From Octopus sinensis (lineage: Eukaryota), in assembly GCF_006345805.1 (NCBI RefSeq), contig NC_042999.1:28768001-28832000 (forward strand): 64,000 nt of DNA. The letters are read 5' to 3'. Of this stretch, positions 27,591 to 42,318 are shown one piece after another (positions within the stretch are counted from its first letter, which is position 1; each line of letters opens with the position of its first letter). The notes below the pieces were generated by a model. It ran no database searches, was not told the DNA's origin, and was given only the letters and a program-made list of their open reading frames with translations. The translations under genes were made by a program, and so were the position numbers.

Positions 27591-28539
27591 CGAAGGGATA
27601 GACTGCTTTGGTGCTGTCGGCTATGTTAGTGTCTATTTAATCCAGTTTGAGATGCTGTTTCCGATGCCCATTTTACTGGCAGTAGAGCAGGTACATATTC
27701 GACAACTATAATTCATTGAAGGTATTTATGGTAATTTGACACTGATTGAGACTACAAAATGGCAAAAGCCATTCCAGTCATGATGATCCAGTTTGCTATA
27801 TCTAAACATAGAATAAATTACCCATAGTAAAAATATTTTGGTGTCAATTTTGTAAAACTATGAATTTTGTAAAACAGGAAGATTTAGTTGCTATTTTTAT
27901 AATATAAAATGACTAAGTAGCTACATATTTATTGTATTGTATCGAGTCTCTTGTTGGTCCATAAGTATCGTTTATTCCTCTATGATTCCTATAATTCTCG
28001 GTTCCTATGATTCATTCATTGCAATACGTAAAACAATCTAACTAGTGATAATTATGCTGCGTGGGAAAGTAATTTTTTTTCAAGGTGGAAAATTTACATT
28101 GCTTTTCCATATTTCAACATTGAATATAATATAAAATAATAAAGCATGTTTTATCCTCGGCTCTTTAAACGTATAGTATAATTTCTCACTTGTGCTTAGT
28201 TATTACGCGTTCGGTGTTCGCATATTATGAAGGTAAGGTGTTACAGCAAAAATATATAATCGCTAAGTTGTTAGTATTAATCATCTTCGGAGTGAAATGG
28301 CTCAAATTAATACATTTAATAGTAAATTAATTGCCGTCATTATATTTAAAAGTTAAGTATGTAGTGTTAACAGTGACGTCAGTTACAACTGACACAATTG
28401 CTAATGTTTAGTTTCAGTATATGTAATAATTAAGAGAGTAGTAAAGATTATCCTCAGTGATCGTTAAGTATTTCTACTTTTAACACAGTTTACAGTAAAG
28501 ATAGTCTTAACCTAGTTAATAGATCAACAATGTCACTGA

Positions 28540-28950
28540 TAGTTGCAGATGACATGTATCATCAGAAGGTCTCCAGAATGCATCGTGAGCCTGCAGCCAA
28601 AATCTGCAAGTTAGGAATGAGGATTAGCATTGCAGGAACTGAGACACTGGTTCTCTAAAAAAAAGGTTTCACTCTGCCTATAACCAGAATATCACTGAGA
28701 CAAGTGGAGAAGTTTAAGTACCTCAATAGTGTATTCGATCCCGTACATATGCGACTGAAGTGGGGTTCTTCAGTGGGATCTCTGCAGCAACGTTACTCGA
28801 CAGGGTCGGAGAAGAGGGATGTATCGACATATCAAGCAGCTATTTCTGTACCTCAAGAGGTCACTGCACCGCTATTAAGGGCATGTGATTAAATGCTGCC
28901 GGAAGGAATCGTAAGATGGATTCTTCAAACCGAGCTGCCCGGCTGAAGAC
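28540..28950 (+). mobile_element. RTE-like LINE reverse-transcriptase fragment
   Basis: VADD ... LGMRISIAGTETLV ... QVEKFKYLNSVF correspond to RT motifs 5-7 (ADD; K-T-E-V; VEKFKYLG). Confidence 0.65.
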
Positions 28951-31900
28951 CAGGGATTGACCAACAAAGATATAATTCGATAGTATCCCTAATCTCAGCT
29001 AGTGAAGACGGCAAATCCAAGCGGAATGTCTAATGGTGGTTGCTTTCTTCTGACACAAACTTATCAAATAATCTGACATCACAAACTCCCAGGAATATAA
29101 AGGCACATCACATATCTAGCTATAAAAATGGTAATTTATCTCATGTTACTGAATAGTTCAATTCTTGCTTGAAAATTCAATTAAGTTATTCTCATATTCT
29201 GTAAGTAATTAAGGTTAATATATTCATTTATTAAATTTTTGTTACTTAGTTAATATTGAATTTTTTAAATGTTTAATACTTAAGTAGGTTTAGACACGTC
29301 CAATTATTAACGTATATAATATAGTTTAATATAGCTAGTTTAGTGTTAATATAATATTTTGTTAATAATTTGCTTAAATATCTAACGATTTAGTTAACTT
29401 TAGCATAGTTGGTAGCAAATTACATAGCGCATTCATAACAGTAACTGAGTTAATATTACCACATCAGATAATTAACTGGCAGTTCATTTTTGGTTTTAAC
29501 ATTTAGTGATACGAAGTTTAGTATTTCAGATACAGTTCATATAATTAAAGATGTTGTTTACGTATTTAATACTAAAGTTGTCGCTGTATTACATGCATTT
29601 AGGACCGATTTCGTGACTCTTTCACAGACGTTAGTTTAACTATGCCATTTTATTCCCACGCGCGTTGACCTGTTCAATACTTCACGTAATTATTTTCGAA
29701 TTCAGAGAATGATAGTTCTTAAACGTTTAAAGCTATCGGTTTATTTCGAGTTTATCCAGTTAATTTTCCCATTGCAACGCGGATGAGCTTCTTGAACTTA
29801 TCCTTTTCGGTTTATTTAGTTATCTCCAGCAAAATCCTACGATAATCTTATTAATGTAAACAAAAAAAAAGAAAAACATTTCTAGATCTTCCTCATTGTT
29901 TTCTCTTAGGATGCCAATTCTCCATTGCACCTCCCTTCAAGTGGAAATATAACAAGCATGATATAGTTGCTTGTGTCAGAGGAGTAATTTTTTCGTAACT
30001 AACAGACGTCTGCTTCCCTCAGGAAATATTATGTTTTTCCTTTTAGAATCTGGAGAAAATATCATAATTACAGAAAACAGTATAAAACAGTACTTACGGA
30101 ATACAATCCAACAATCTATTTTTTCGCTACTCACATTTCATATTCCGGTTTAATTCTATAATCATATATAAATTTCGCTATGTGAGTAACTATCAATATT
30201 GCAATGCCAAAAATCTTGATTTTTTTCACCAATGTAAAAAATCATTTATGAGATTTTTGCAGATGATGTCTATAATCTCAGCCGCGAAAATATGTATGTT
30301 CAAGATGCAATGCTTATCTAAATTCCAGTGACGAACGTTTTAATCTTCGTCACTATTTCGTTCCTAGTAGGAAACCACACATAAAAATATAGCAAATATT
30401 TTGGCTTCACATACAATAAATCTGGCATGAATTCTGTTTCTGATAATGTTATATTTTTCCCTTGAGCCCTTCATACATTCAATGAAAAATATCTCTTGTA
30501 CACTTAAATCCTTCTGCTCCAATTCATGTAAATTTACGAAGCATTCATAACGTTTTGTTTAAATCACAAACACATTGCCTCCGCCTCTACTTCACGAATG
30601 GCACCCTAGGCACAGGACATTTCACTAGAAAATTGTATATGTATATACATTACACATACAAAGAATAATATTTCATAAATTCTCATACCTTAGCTCCACT
30701 GGTTCTAAAACCTCTTCTGATTAACCCATTCTACCAAGAACCTTCGAAAGTTTACCTGTATACCCGTTCCCAATACAAGCATATTTTCTATAATTGATGA
30801 TTACATTGTGTGGTATTTTCCAAGATATATATTTAATTTTGTTGTGCAATAAGGCACAATAAAGTTTATTGTTTCTTAAAAATTCGCTGTATATCTTATG
30901 AAACTAATTACGATATTGAAAAATGCCTATTTAAAAACCTATTTTCGGACAAACATTAAAGAATTCGATTGCGATAACGGATTGAAGAATTAAGTGTGAC
31001 TTATTTAATAGCACTCCGTCCTGAAATACGTACATTCATTTTCACATTTCTTCACTTTTTAACAAATATCGCCGTTGCTTATCCCATTCCATAGAACAAA
31101 TTCATAACTTATTATGTGTGTGTGCGCGTGCGTGCGTGTGTGCGTGCGTGTGTGTGTGTGTGCCCGTGCATGCACGTGCCTCTGCCTTTATTTTATACAT
31201 GTTTCTTAAGTACATCAATTATTCTTTCTGTGCAGATTGAAATAGTTATTAAATAAATAAACGTCCACCATCACTGGAATTTGGAACATTGTTACATCTT
31301 GAATGTTCATATATTTTCTACTTAGCTTATATATTTTAATCGGCAAATACTTTAGAAATCATCAAATACTTCCCTTCAAAATTTTACTTTCTGACATATT
31401 TACTAACATAACCCGATTGATATGGTTCCTAACATAAAATACCTGAAATATAATTATCATTATAAATGGGGGTATATAACATGGCTAGGAGAAGGATATG
31501 TTTCAAGAGTGTACATTTTCGTAAATATACGTTCTTCCTGATTTAAAAAAAATGGAAATGTTTCCAGAGTATCTAACTTATGGCATTATGTATGGTATAC
31601 CTTCTAGGACACACATATCTCTGTCGCTCTTCCCATATTCCCCGAAGGAAGCTTTTATGGGAAAGTTCCATGAATTTTCGATGCGCTGATATATATGCAT
31701 GGATTAAAAAAACGGGTTAACTACCTACACATACGCCAGCGCAATCTTTCTTACAGGAGCCAATGTAAATTGTTCTATAAGCAAACTCTTGCTAAATCAA
31801 TACTTCGCTCTCTTATAAAAATATTGCAGAACGCCAGACCACGTGTAAAATCTGGCATATGGATTTTCTGTCACGCTCTTATATTCTTTAACTTCTTTCA

Positions 31901-32096
31901 GTTATTATACTCCGGTCATGCTGGGGTACCATCTTCACGAATTTTAGTCGAATGGATCAACCCAGCACATAAAAAGAAATTAAGCCTGACACATATTCTC
32001 TAGTTCACTTTTACCGAAACGCTGTAATGCGCTGAAGAAACACACCGACACCGTTAAATCAGCCCAAAATTTTTGTGGTGAATATATATACGTACA

Positions 32097-32144
<48 letters not shown>

Positions 32145-32449
32145 GTACTTGAATGAATTATCTTATTATGGATAATTCGGTTAACAGATGCATGGGTAGC
32201 AAATTCACGTCAGAAAAACACGGTTGAAGCTACATGCCTAGGGCAGAGATCACGCGCTATCGTGTGGAAATTTGTGTGGTTTTTAAATATAAATAAATGA
32301 AAGAATGGAGTTGAACAACGAATTAACAAAATTCCTTTATTTTATTTTCGACATACGTTTCGAAGGCTGCATATTCCTAATTCCGAAGGAATAAGGGGTG
32401 CATTATGCCGCCTTCTCACCAGGAAAAGCAAGGAACTTATGTCAGTCTT

Positions 32450-32525
<76 letters not shown>

Positions 32526-33140
32526 TGCATGTGTGTGTGTAGGTGTGCGTGTGTGCCGATAGAGAATTTGAGCCCAGAATCAGCCGAGCGAGTGCTCATT
32601 ACTTATGAACTGTTAGTATAAGGAATTCTCGATTGGTGTTTTGGGCTATTACAGTCCCTGTCAGCATATATGTATACGATTATCTGCTTTAACTCCAATA
32701 TTAGAACATTTTAGTTGTTATTTGTAGCATTTATTGACAATTATAGTTTTCCTTTACGGTAAAAAAATGGCGCATATCTCTTTGTATTAATTTTGTAACC
32801 AAAATTTGCGATTCGCTACATCATCCATAAACTTTCATGGTGAATATATATATATGCTGACAGAGAACTTAAACCCACAATTAGATGAGCAAGCAGTCCT
32901 TACTGATGACTCTACGGAAATAGCCGGATCTGATTGCTCAGTATATGAAATTCTCAATTGGTGTTCTGGGCGTTTACAGATACTGTCAACATATATGTTT
33001 ACGATTATGTGCTTTAGCTACAGAATAAAAAAATGCATTTTAGCTATTATATCTAGCAATGTGTGTGCTCTTACCCTCTTAGTTACATTTAGTGACAATT
33101 ATAGTTCTCTTTCATGGTAACACATAACATTGAGCACGGC

Positions 33141-33243
<103 letters not shown>

Positions 33244-33857
33244 CTATATATATACGATTATGAATACCTGTGATGAATATAGGAAATAGATAAAAAATAA
33301 TGAAATAAATCTCTATAAAGGGTATGGGGAGAAACGTCGTAAGAAGCGAGCACATATACACACACAATAAATTCGCAGACGACCACAGTAGTATCAACGA
33401 CACGGCTAAGAGCAACAGCAGCATCGGCGTTGACAGCGACAGCAATGACAACTACCACGATGGCATACTGTGGGCGAACACGCAATGACAGAGAGATACA
33501 GGATCTGTACCGAATTCTCGGATCCTAGGGCAATGGGCGAATGAATGGGGTTGAGTGGGGATGTCATACTGCTACTAAGAACAATGACACGTATACAAGG
33601 GAACACATACTGATATACACACTTGTGTATAAGTGTACGTAAGAATACACATCATAGAACAGCAGAATGAAATGAATGGGGCTAGAGTACACACGAAGAT
33701 GTAAAGTGTCGTTGAAGTGGTCAAAAACGTGTGACAAGAGATTTCCGGGCAATGGACATAAGTTAGAATAAACTTAGAATAAAAGTTAGAATGAAATTAG
33801 AATAAAAGAGTGAAGAACAAATATATTAGCAAAAAATGACCATCTCGAAAAAATTGT

Positions 33858-33899
33858 ATAATAATGATAATAATAATAATAATAATAATATTAATAATG

Positions 33900-33943
<44 letters not shown>

Positions 33944-34067
33944 TATTATTATTATAATATAATAATAATAATCATAATAATAATGATGATGATGGTAACA
34001 ACAACAACAACAACAACAATAATAATAATAATAATAATGATATAATAATAATAATAATAATAATAAT

Positions 34068-34101
<34 letters not shown>

Positions 34102-34143
34102 GTAATAATAATAACAATAATAACAATAATAATAATAATAATA
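33858..34143. repeat. (AAT)n microsatellite with (AAC)n insert
   Basis: Read directly. Confidence 0.95.
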
Positions 34144-34210
34144 ATATATATATATATATAATATATATATATATATTATATATATATATATATACAGTAA
34201 TATATATATA

Positions 34211-34919
34211 TACGATGTAATATTTTTAAAAATTCACTTTCTTTGGAATACCCAACTTGCACACCAATACACAATCGCAGCGTTCCTATCAGTTTTGGAG
34301 TGCAGCCTAGACGTCCTTTTCCCGGAGTTGAGGACCTTTTGCGATTTCCTCTGGATCTCGACAACGGTGTTAAAACGGCGACCTTTGACCTGCATTTTAA
34401 TCTTTGGTAATATATAAAATTGGGCAGGTGCTAAATCTAGCGAATAGGGTGTGTGCGTAAGCGATACCATGTTGATTTTGAAGTGAAACTCACGAGTGAG
34501 GGGAGTTCATTGGCAGGGTGCATTTTTTTCGTGAAGAATCCTATTCTTCACGCTATACAAATCCGGCTAATTTCGCTGAATATGTTCCATTAGACACTTC
34601 AAAACATCATAATAGACTCTCGGTTGACAGGCTGGCTCTGGTGGATGTACTGCGTACAACTCACTGCCTCGTCTTCATAAGCTTTTGAAATTTATCATAA
34701 AATTTTACTTTGGTTGTTTGTTCCACCTTCCTACCCCTGACAAAATCGCAAACGACAGCATAGATATGATCACAAAAACACAAATTTCAAAGTTTTCAAT
34801 GTAAGCACAGTTATGTCACTCGGTGTACTACCTCATAAAGGCCAATACTAGCCCGCAACATGTGCTGCCTTCTGTTGGCACGCTACAGTAGTAGTCCGTG
34901 TCTTTTTTGATACCACATC

Positions 34920-34922
<3 letters not shown>
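34211..34922 (-). mobile_element. Internally deleted mariner with both termini, between TA repeats
   Basis: Minus strand: YIHQSQPVN...YYDVLKCL...ILHEKNAP...HTPYSLDLAPAQFYILPKIK..VKGRRF. Both ends begin (ta)cgatgt; the 5' end aligns with 42618-42690. Confidence 0.8.
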
Positions 34923-34958
<36 letters not shown>

Positions 34959-34965
<7 letters not shown>

Positions 34966-35595
34966 TGGCAGGGCTTACTGCTAGGGAGTCGGCCATATGC
35001 TAGAAATAGACCATCAACGGTCAAACTACAAGGAACCCTCATTATTATTTAAATATTGAAATAAATACGTTCTCTAGTACTAGGCACGAACCGCAGTGAA
35101 TTATTTACTGCAGCCCTTCGCCTCAGAAATTTATTAGCGCGCCAGAGCCAAGACATTTGAAATTTTATCACTAGTGTAATCGGTAAAGCTACACACGTGT
35201 CTGTACCGGCACGAAAGCTGGGGTTAGCTTTTCCGTTTACATTACTATGAACGGATGCACTGAAGAAGCACGGACATTTGGATTGCATAAGTAATTCTCT
35301 TGTTAAGGCTGAAACCGAGGTATGCATTAATTCTGTTTTTTATATAAATTTTCATCTGTCATGCCCGCCAAAATGGTTCTGGTGTTCGCTGTATTTTCCT
35401 CTAGAGAATTTCCTTGTAGTTTGACCGTTGATGGTCTATTTCTAGCATATGGCCGACTCCCTAGCAGTAAGCCCTGCCAATATACACATATATTAGAATT
35501 TTCTCTGACTCCTCAGATTTTTGTATGCTGGACTACTGGTTTTAAATTGATATTAAAATTAATATTAATTTATCTCCCTCATTATTATTTATGAA
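34959..35595 (+). mobile_element. Non-coding Penelope-type pLTR with perfect 77-bp inverted head and hammerhead
   Basis: 34959-35035 is the exact reverse complement of 35410-35486. The 16-bp ccctcattattattta occurs at 35036 and again at the terminus, 35576. Confidence 0.75.
35255..35327 (+). ncRNA. Type I hammerhead ribozyme motif with enlarged loop 2
   Basis: AUGCA-CUGAAGA-AGC(38 nt)GCU-GAAA-C(CGAG)G-UA-UGCAU: stem I AUGCA/UGCAU, GUA triplet. Confidence 0.75.
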
Positions 35596-35959
35596 TATAT
35601 ATATATATATATATATGAATAATCACGTATTCACACACACATATAAGCACACACATAAATATATTAATCATATTATTACCTAAATTTAGGTTTTACGTAT
35701 ACTTAATTTGTGTAGAACAGTAGATTATATAGACGTGAGCAGAACGCATATATTACGCATAAACATTATTACAAACAGTAACTATATAACACTGAGTGGC
35801 TGCAGATCTACTGTATTTTCTTATTTCTAACCAACATTTAAGTCAGTATACATAAAATGACATCCTACTCTCATCTCGGTGCAGAAGAAATCATAGAATG
35901 TGTGCGTGAATGTGTGTGTGTGCACGCACACACACGCGCGTGTATGTACCTATGTATAC

Positions 35960-35991
<32 letters not shown>

Positions 35992-36149
35992 TATATATTA
36001 TATATATGCACATATATACCTATATATATATATATATATAAATGTATGTATATATATATGTGTGTGTGCGTGTAATTCAATAAATATATATATTATATAT
36101 ATATATATTATATATATATATATATGCATATATATCTACCTATTTATGG

Positions 36150-36186
<37 letters not shown>

Positions 36187-36932
36187 ATATACGTACATAA
36201 GTGTGTTTTTTCTGTGTGTATTTAGATATGTATCTATTACTGAGATATGGCTTAGAAATATTATTTTGAGGGTTTGAGCGTATGTTGTATTGTTTTAAAT
36301 TCTTACAAATAGAAATAGCAGATACGGAAGAAATTGTTTATAAATATATAAATTCATGTAGCTGGATAAAATATTTAGAAATAACCTTATCAAAAGATAT
36401 TTATTGTATCTTGTACCGTAATATAAATATATCAGTTATTTATATGGGAATCATCGATTATCTTATGATTACTCATGCCCGAAGTCAACAAAAAGGATTG
36501 TTGATTCTCAATAAAGTTTTTTCATAAAAATTACGTTACTTATAAAAGATTGCGTAATATGTATGTTTCTTTTGTTTTTGCTGAAAATACGTATATGTGT
36601 ATGTGTCAAGAAGAAGATTATAACATTTTTCTTAACATTTAGCCAAGGTATGACAAGGTTTTATTTCTATTTTACATTTACTTAAAAAAAGAGGCCATTG
36701 ATTGTGTATTTTCAAAATAAAATTAGAGGAAGGAATAGTTTTTGTAGATACCTTCAATTCTTAAAAGAACTGGTTTTATGAAATAATTTAATCCCATATA
36801 CTTCTTGTAAAACTTAGGTTCATAACTGGAACACATTTTCATGAAATGCAACAATATAGAAGATTCTTCAGCTTAAGTAATGGTGCAAAAACATTGACAT
36901 TGCAGCTAGGTTCATAAAAAAAAGTAGATAAA

Positions 36933-37000
<68 letters not shown>

Positions 37001-37149
37001 TGATAATGATAATAATAATAATAAAATATATACATATATATATATTTAAAAATGTATAAGTATAAATTATTTATTTAAATAATTTTAAAATTTAACTTTA
37101 ATTTGAATATTTTAAAACTTGAATTTTATATTTATATATCTTTTATTAA

Positions 37150-37325
37150 TTAATTTCATATCTATGTATTGGTTTATGATTTTCACTGTTTGATTTGCCT
37201 AATAGTGGTTTTATCTCTAATTTAGTATAATATATATGTATATTTATACTATAATATTGGATTTAATTTTAAATCTAATTTTTCCCTGTAAGTTTGGATT
37301 TACTCCTTAATAATATTATTATTAA
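37150..37325 (+). mobile_element. Diverged pLTR tail related to 15900-16068
   Basis: tatgtattg...aatagtggtttt.tctc.aatt...actataa.attggatttaat..taaatct.atttttccctgta...tggatt.a.tcc.taata aligns with the PLE end. Confidence 0.7.
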
Positions 37326-37342
37326 ATATATATATATATATA

Positions 37343-37394
<52 letters not shown>

Positions 37395-38625
37395 CCTATA
37401 TTTACAGATACACATACATACACGACACACGCACACACACGTATGTACATATATAGAGAGCGATTCCTTTGCTAGCAGCTACAGCTTGGAATTTTGTACT
37501 ATGATTTTGTAGAGTCGCATTGAGATGGTTTTCGTAAGTACTTATAATATCATAGTAACAATGTACTCTCTCCCTCGGCTATCGCACATTTCACACAGTA
37601 ATGCAGATGGTATTTAAAAACTGTGGGGAGAGAGAGAGAGAGAGAGACTGGTAATTATTTTAGCTGTGCCACTGATACTGCCTTGTGTCTAAATAAAAGA
37701 AAATATCAAGCACTATTATTTTAATACACATCGTGGCGTCCAAAACCGTAAACGTTTGTTGGGTAGTATTTTCTGTATCTTTTATCAACATACTCAGATA
37801 CAAAACAAGCATTCTCAAATTCTTCCAGCATCATGCTATTAATGCATAATATTATTTACACCCATCCGTATGCAAGCATACACACATTCGTACAGACACT
37901 TATACAAGCGGTTGCAATTTCATGTTTAAAACAGTACATTGTTGTAAGCTACTACAAACCGATGTCATTAAGTGTATTCATTGTTTAATAAGCATCAAGT
38001 AAGTTTCAAATTTCAAGAGGAATATAGGTTTATATCTACATGATTGAACTAATTGAATATCCTTGTTTACAACTGGAGGGTTAGTGAATTATATTGAACA
38101 CAATTTGTTAGATAAAGCAAAGGTCAAGTTACCTTGACTCGTATCATAATCGGATATCCATCGTTGAATCACCAACATAATATTCGTTCTTGTTTCTCAT
38201 AATTTCTCTATGATATAAATTTATAATAAGTCGCCTATACTGTATTTCAAAAAAAGAGCATGATAAATATCCATTATATTCGCTAACGTGATTTATGAAT
38301 GGTTTATGAGAATTATCCTCTATAAAAAAAATGATATTCAACGTTTTCAACCCGCTACAACATTTCTGAATTAATTCCCATTGACTTTAGGGAGGATCAT
38401 CTATATGCGTAAAATATGGTGAATGCTAACGTTAGGGTGTATGTGATTGGCTTATAATACAAATTTCTATTTCTCTTGTTTTTCTAGTAATGTGGAACAC
38501 AATAGTGAAAGAATACCAGGTGCACAAAATAATTAGTTATTGGATAGGCTCTTGTATCTTACACGGCATATACACACCCTCAAATATATACGTGGAATAT
38601 GTATGTATGCATGTATCTCTCTCTT

Positions 38626-38658
<33 letters not shown>

Positions 38659-38785
38659 CCCTCTCTGTCTTTTTATACACACGCGCAAACACCCCCACAG
38701 ACATATATACATATGCATTTATATATATACAAGTAAATATATACACACACACATCCACACGCATGCACCTACACGCGCCCCCCCC

Positions 38786-38833
<48 letters not shown>

Positions 38834-40542
38834 TGAGAGATACATAGATATAGTATTACGTATGGCATTATACACAAATATATGCTTCAGTCAAGCCGCA
38901 ATATCCAGCTGCATGATCCACTTGTACGGAAGATTTCACAACCAAACTCCGAGGATTGCCTTCGTCCATTAAAAACCCAGCTAAAATGAGATTGAATGTA
39001 ACTAAGCGTGCTGTGCAATAGCTTATTTTAGATTTTCATTATGACACTCAGTAGCACTTTGCCTGATCAACAATAAATCATGCCTAAAGCACAGTAGTTA
39101 CAGCGAAACGGGAAATATCTAAAGAGAATCTACTCTAAAACACTAGGAAGTGGTTGATATAACATTTAATCATGTGAAATACCATCTTGAAGGAAATATA
39201 ACGAAAAATTATATTTTAATTCCTGTATCACTAAGATTTATATTACAAAAGTGTCTGCACATTCACGTTGTATTCTTACAATATATACAATGTCTTCCGC
39301 TAGGCTAACAACAGAATGACTTCCTGAGCGTTCGATATCCTATAATATGTAGCTACATCAGTATTAATGCACTAACTACTACATTAAATGTAGTGCATTG
39401 CATATCATACTAAGTGATGCATTATTGTTTAATCAGTTCAGCAAGTTTATATTTTATTTATAAGTTTCGAACTAGACTTAAACGTTAGCAATATCTATAA
39501 TAACAAACTCAATACTCATTCCTGAAATATTTCATAAGATATCATTGGAGCAAATTCGGAAATTCGATACTGAATCTAGACCGTTTGTGACCAAAACTAT
39601 TGGATGTCATTTTAAACTTATCTTTATTTACAAATAGCTCTCAGTGAAAAGGAAAACAAAGAAATTTCAGACTCCACTGAATGAACAAATGTTCAGTCTT
39701 AATAAGACGTTTTCTGTACAAATTTAGGTTAAATAAATTCAACGTGTCTTGCACTTGTATATTAATCCGATTAAATGGGAACAGAATGTGAAAGCAACTG
39801 TGGCATCTAGTCAAAACACGTCAATATAAATCTAATAAAAGTTCACGATATCGGTTCTATGTCTTATATTAGGAGATCATCAAAAGGAAATTAAAGATTG
39901 ATACGAGCAGATCAAATAAAATTCGTTTAAGGGGAAACAACGTCCATTCAATGGTAGTAAGTGTAGATATAATAATAGTCATAGGCATTAAAATTGCTGT
40001 AAACTTGATAATCATGACATACATTTCTATTTCTCATTTTCTCTACGTCTTTTTTATTAGTATCAGTTCAGCTATAATCATTTCATTCTGTACATTCGGG
40101 ATGTTTCAGAGCACGTCTTAGCTATAAATCACTTGGTCAGTCGGCAGACCACTAGACGGATGTATGTGAATGTGTGTGTATAAGTGGCGAACCTACGTAT
40201 GTAACCACTATACATGCGTTGGGTGTGTGTGCATTTTTGTGTCACAGTAAATTTTCGAATGTCTGCACTGCTAATGTAAAACCGTGTGTTGAAACAAGTA
40301 TTGTTGTATTTCGGGAAGAATGGATTAAGGAGAGCAGAGGCACAAACGAGGTCGACAATTGTCGTTGAAGTGGTTACTGATGCGCGACGAGAGATTTCCG
40401 GACAATGAGGTAAAACCAGAACAGTAATGAACGGCCGAAGAACGAATATATAATGCATGTGCATGTGTTTGTGGGGAAGTAATATTTATATAAACACACA
40501 CACACACCCGCACACACACACACACACTCACACACACACACT

Positions 40543-40616
<74 letters not shown>

Positions 40617-41165
40617 AAACAATGTAAAATTGAAAGCTACTGCTCGAGTGAAAATATATACGAAAGAGGATTTTAAAATGCAGAGGTCTTTATTGACTTC
40701 ACAGGTTTCACATTTTTTTAAGAAAAAACATTTTCAAAATTAAAATGTAAAGCCTTGTGTCGCCTTTGTTGTGTTAAAACATGGTTATCATAGATGTATT
40801 AAAATAGAGTGATACGGTCTTTGACAATGATGAGAAAACGTTGAGAAACAGAATCTTTAACAATCAGAAAACTTTAAGAGGGTCTTTTTGATTAAACAGT
40901 TTACATAAAAGTGTTTAAAATAGGTAGTAAAATTAAAAAAAAAACATTTTCAACACAACACAGGCTACACAAAGCTCTACATTTTACTTGTGAAAATAAC
41001 ATGTGAAACCGGTCAAGTCAATAAACATCTTTAAAAGACCTCTGGATTTTCAAACCCTCTTTCCTGTATATATATACATTTATATATATATATATATATA
41101 CATATACATACATGTATATATATACATATACATACATGTATATATATATATACATACATGCATAT

Positions 41166-41250
<85 letters not shown>

Positions 41251-41251
<1 letters not shown>

Positions 41252-41515
41252 TTTATTTAAAGCAGCAGAAAATTCAACAAAACCTGTTGCTCTAAGTTTC
41301 CCGTTGCCGTTAGTTGGACAGTTTTTGCTAGCAAAAACAGTTTTTCTAGCAAAAACAGTTTTTCTAGCAAAAACTGTCCGATGAACGGCAACGGGAACCT
41401 CAGAGTAACAGGTTTTATTGAATTTTCTGCTGCTTTAAATAAAGCATATTACTCTACCACTGGTATTTGAGTACTCTTTTGTCCACCTTGTTTCACATTT
41501 ATGTGTTTACTCCGG
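41251..41515 (+). mobile_element. Short PLE-type pLTR fold-back (about 81-bp imperfect arms) with degenerate hammerheads
   Basis: 41251-41331 is an inverted copy of 41364-41444; an 18-bp unit is duplicated at the centre; a unique tail runs to about 41515. Confidence 0.7.
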
Positions 41516-41988
41516 TATATATAATATATAAATATTTATATATTTGTGAGTGTGTGTGTATATGTGTATATGTGTATGTTTGTGAGTATGCGCATTTTCT
41601 TTATGTATACATACTTATTAAATATTATGTTTCATAGATGAGAGCAACGATGACACCGATATTCCCAAAGCGTGCTGATACGTTCTTCACTGTATTACAA
41701 TGTTGTAATTATTATGGATGGTAAATACTGTTTGGCTCGTCATTTTAAACATAAGACCTCACATCACTATTTCTTCATTAAGCTAGAATGTATTATATAT
41801 AATCTGATTATTAACAGAATTCATTGTTTTAAGATGAATTGAAGTAATCCTTTCTCAGTTTCGGTGAGTAAAAACGAATATTGAAATTTAACGACTCCCA
41901 CCGAACGTACGTGTTTTTTTCTCAGATTTGCGCATTAGTTAACAGCAAGAGACCATGTGAACTTTTCAACTTTCAATAAATAAATATG

Positions 41989-42098
<110 letters not shown>

Positions 42099-42250
42099 AA
42101 AAGTAATATTAATAAAACGGTAATGTAGTTTATATAAATTTATACATATATATATATATATATTATATATATATATATATATGCTTATATATATATATGT
42201 GTGTGTGTATGTATATGCATATTTATATATACATACACACACACACACAT

Positions 42251-42318
<68 letters not shown>

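Noticed and set aside
32899-32930. CTGATGA...GAAA hammerhead candidate
   Set aside because: No stem II or stem I and no cleavage triplet; the paralogous copy reads CTTATGA.
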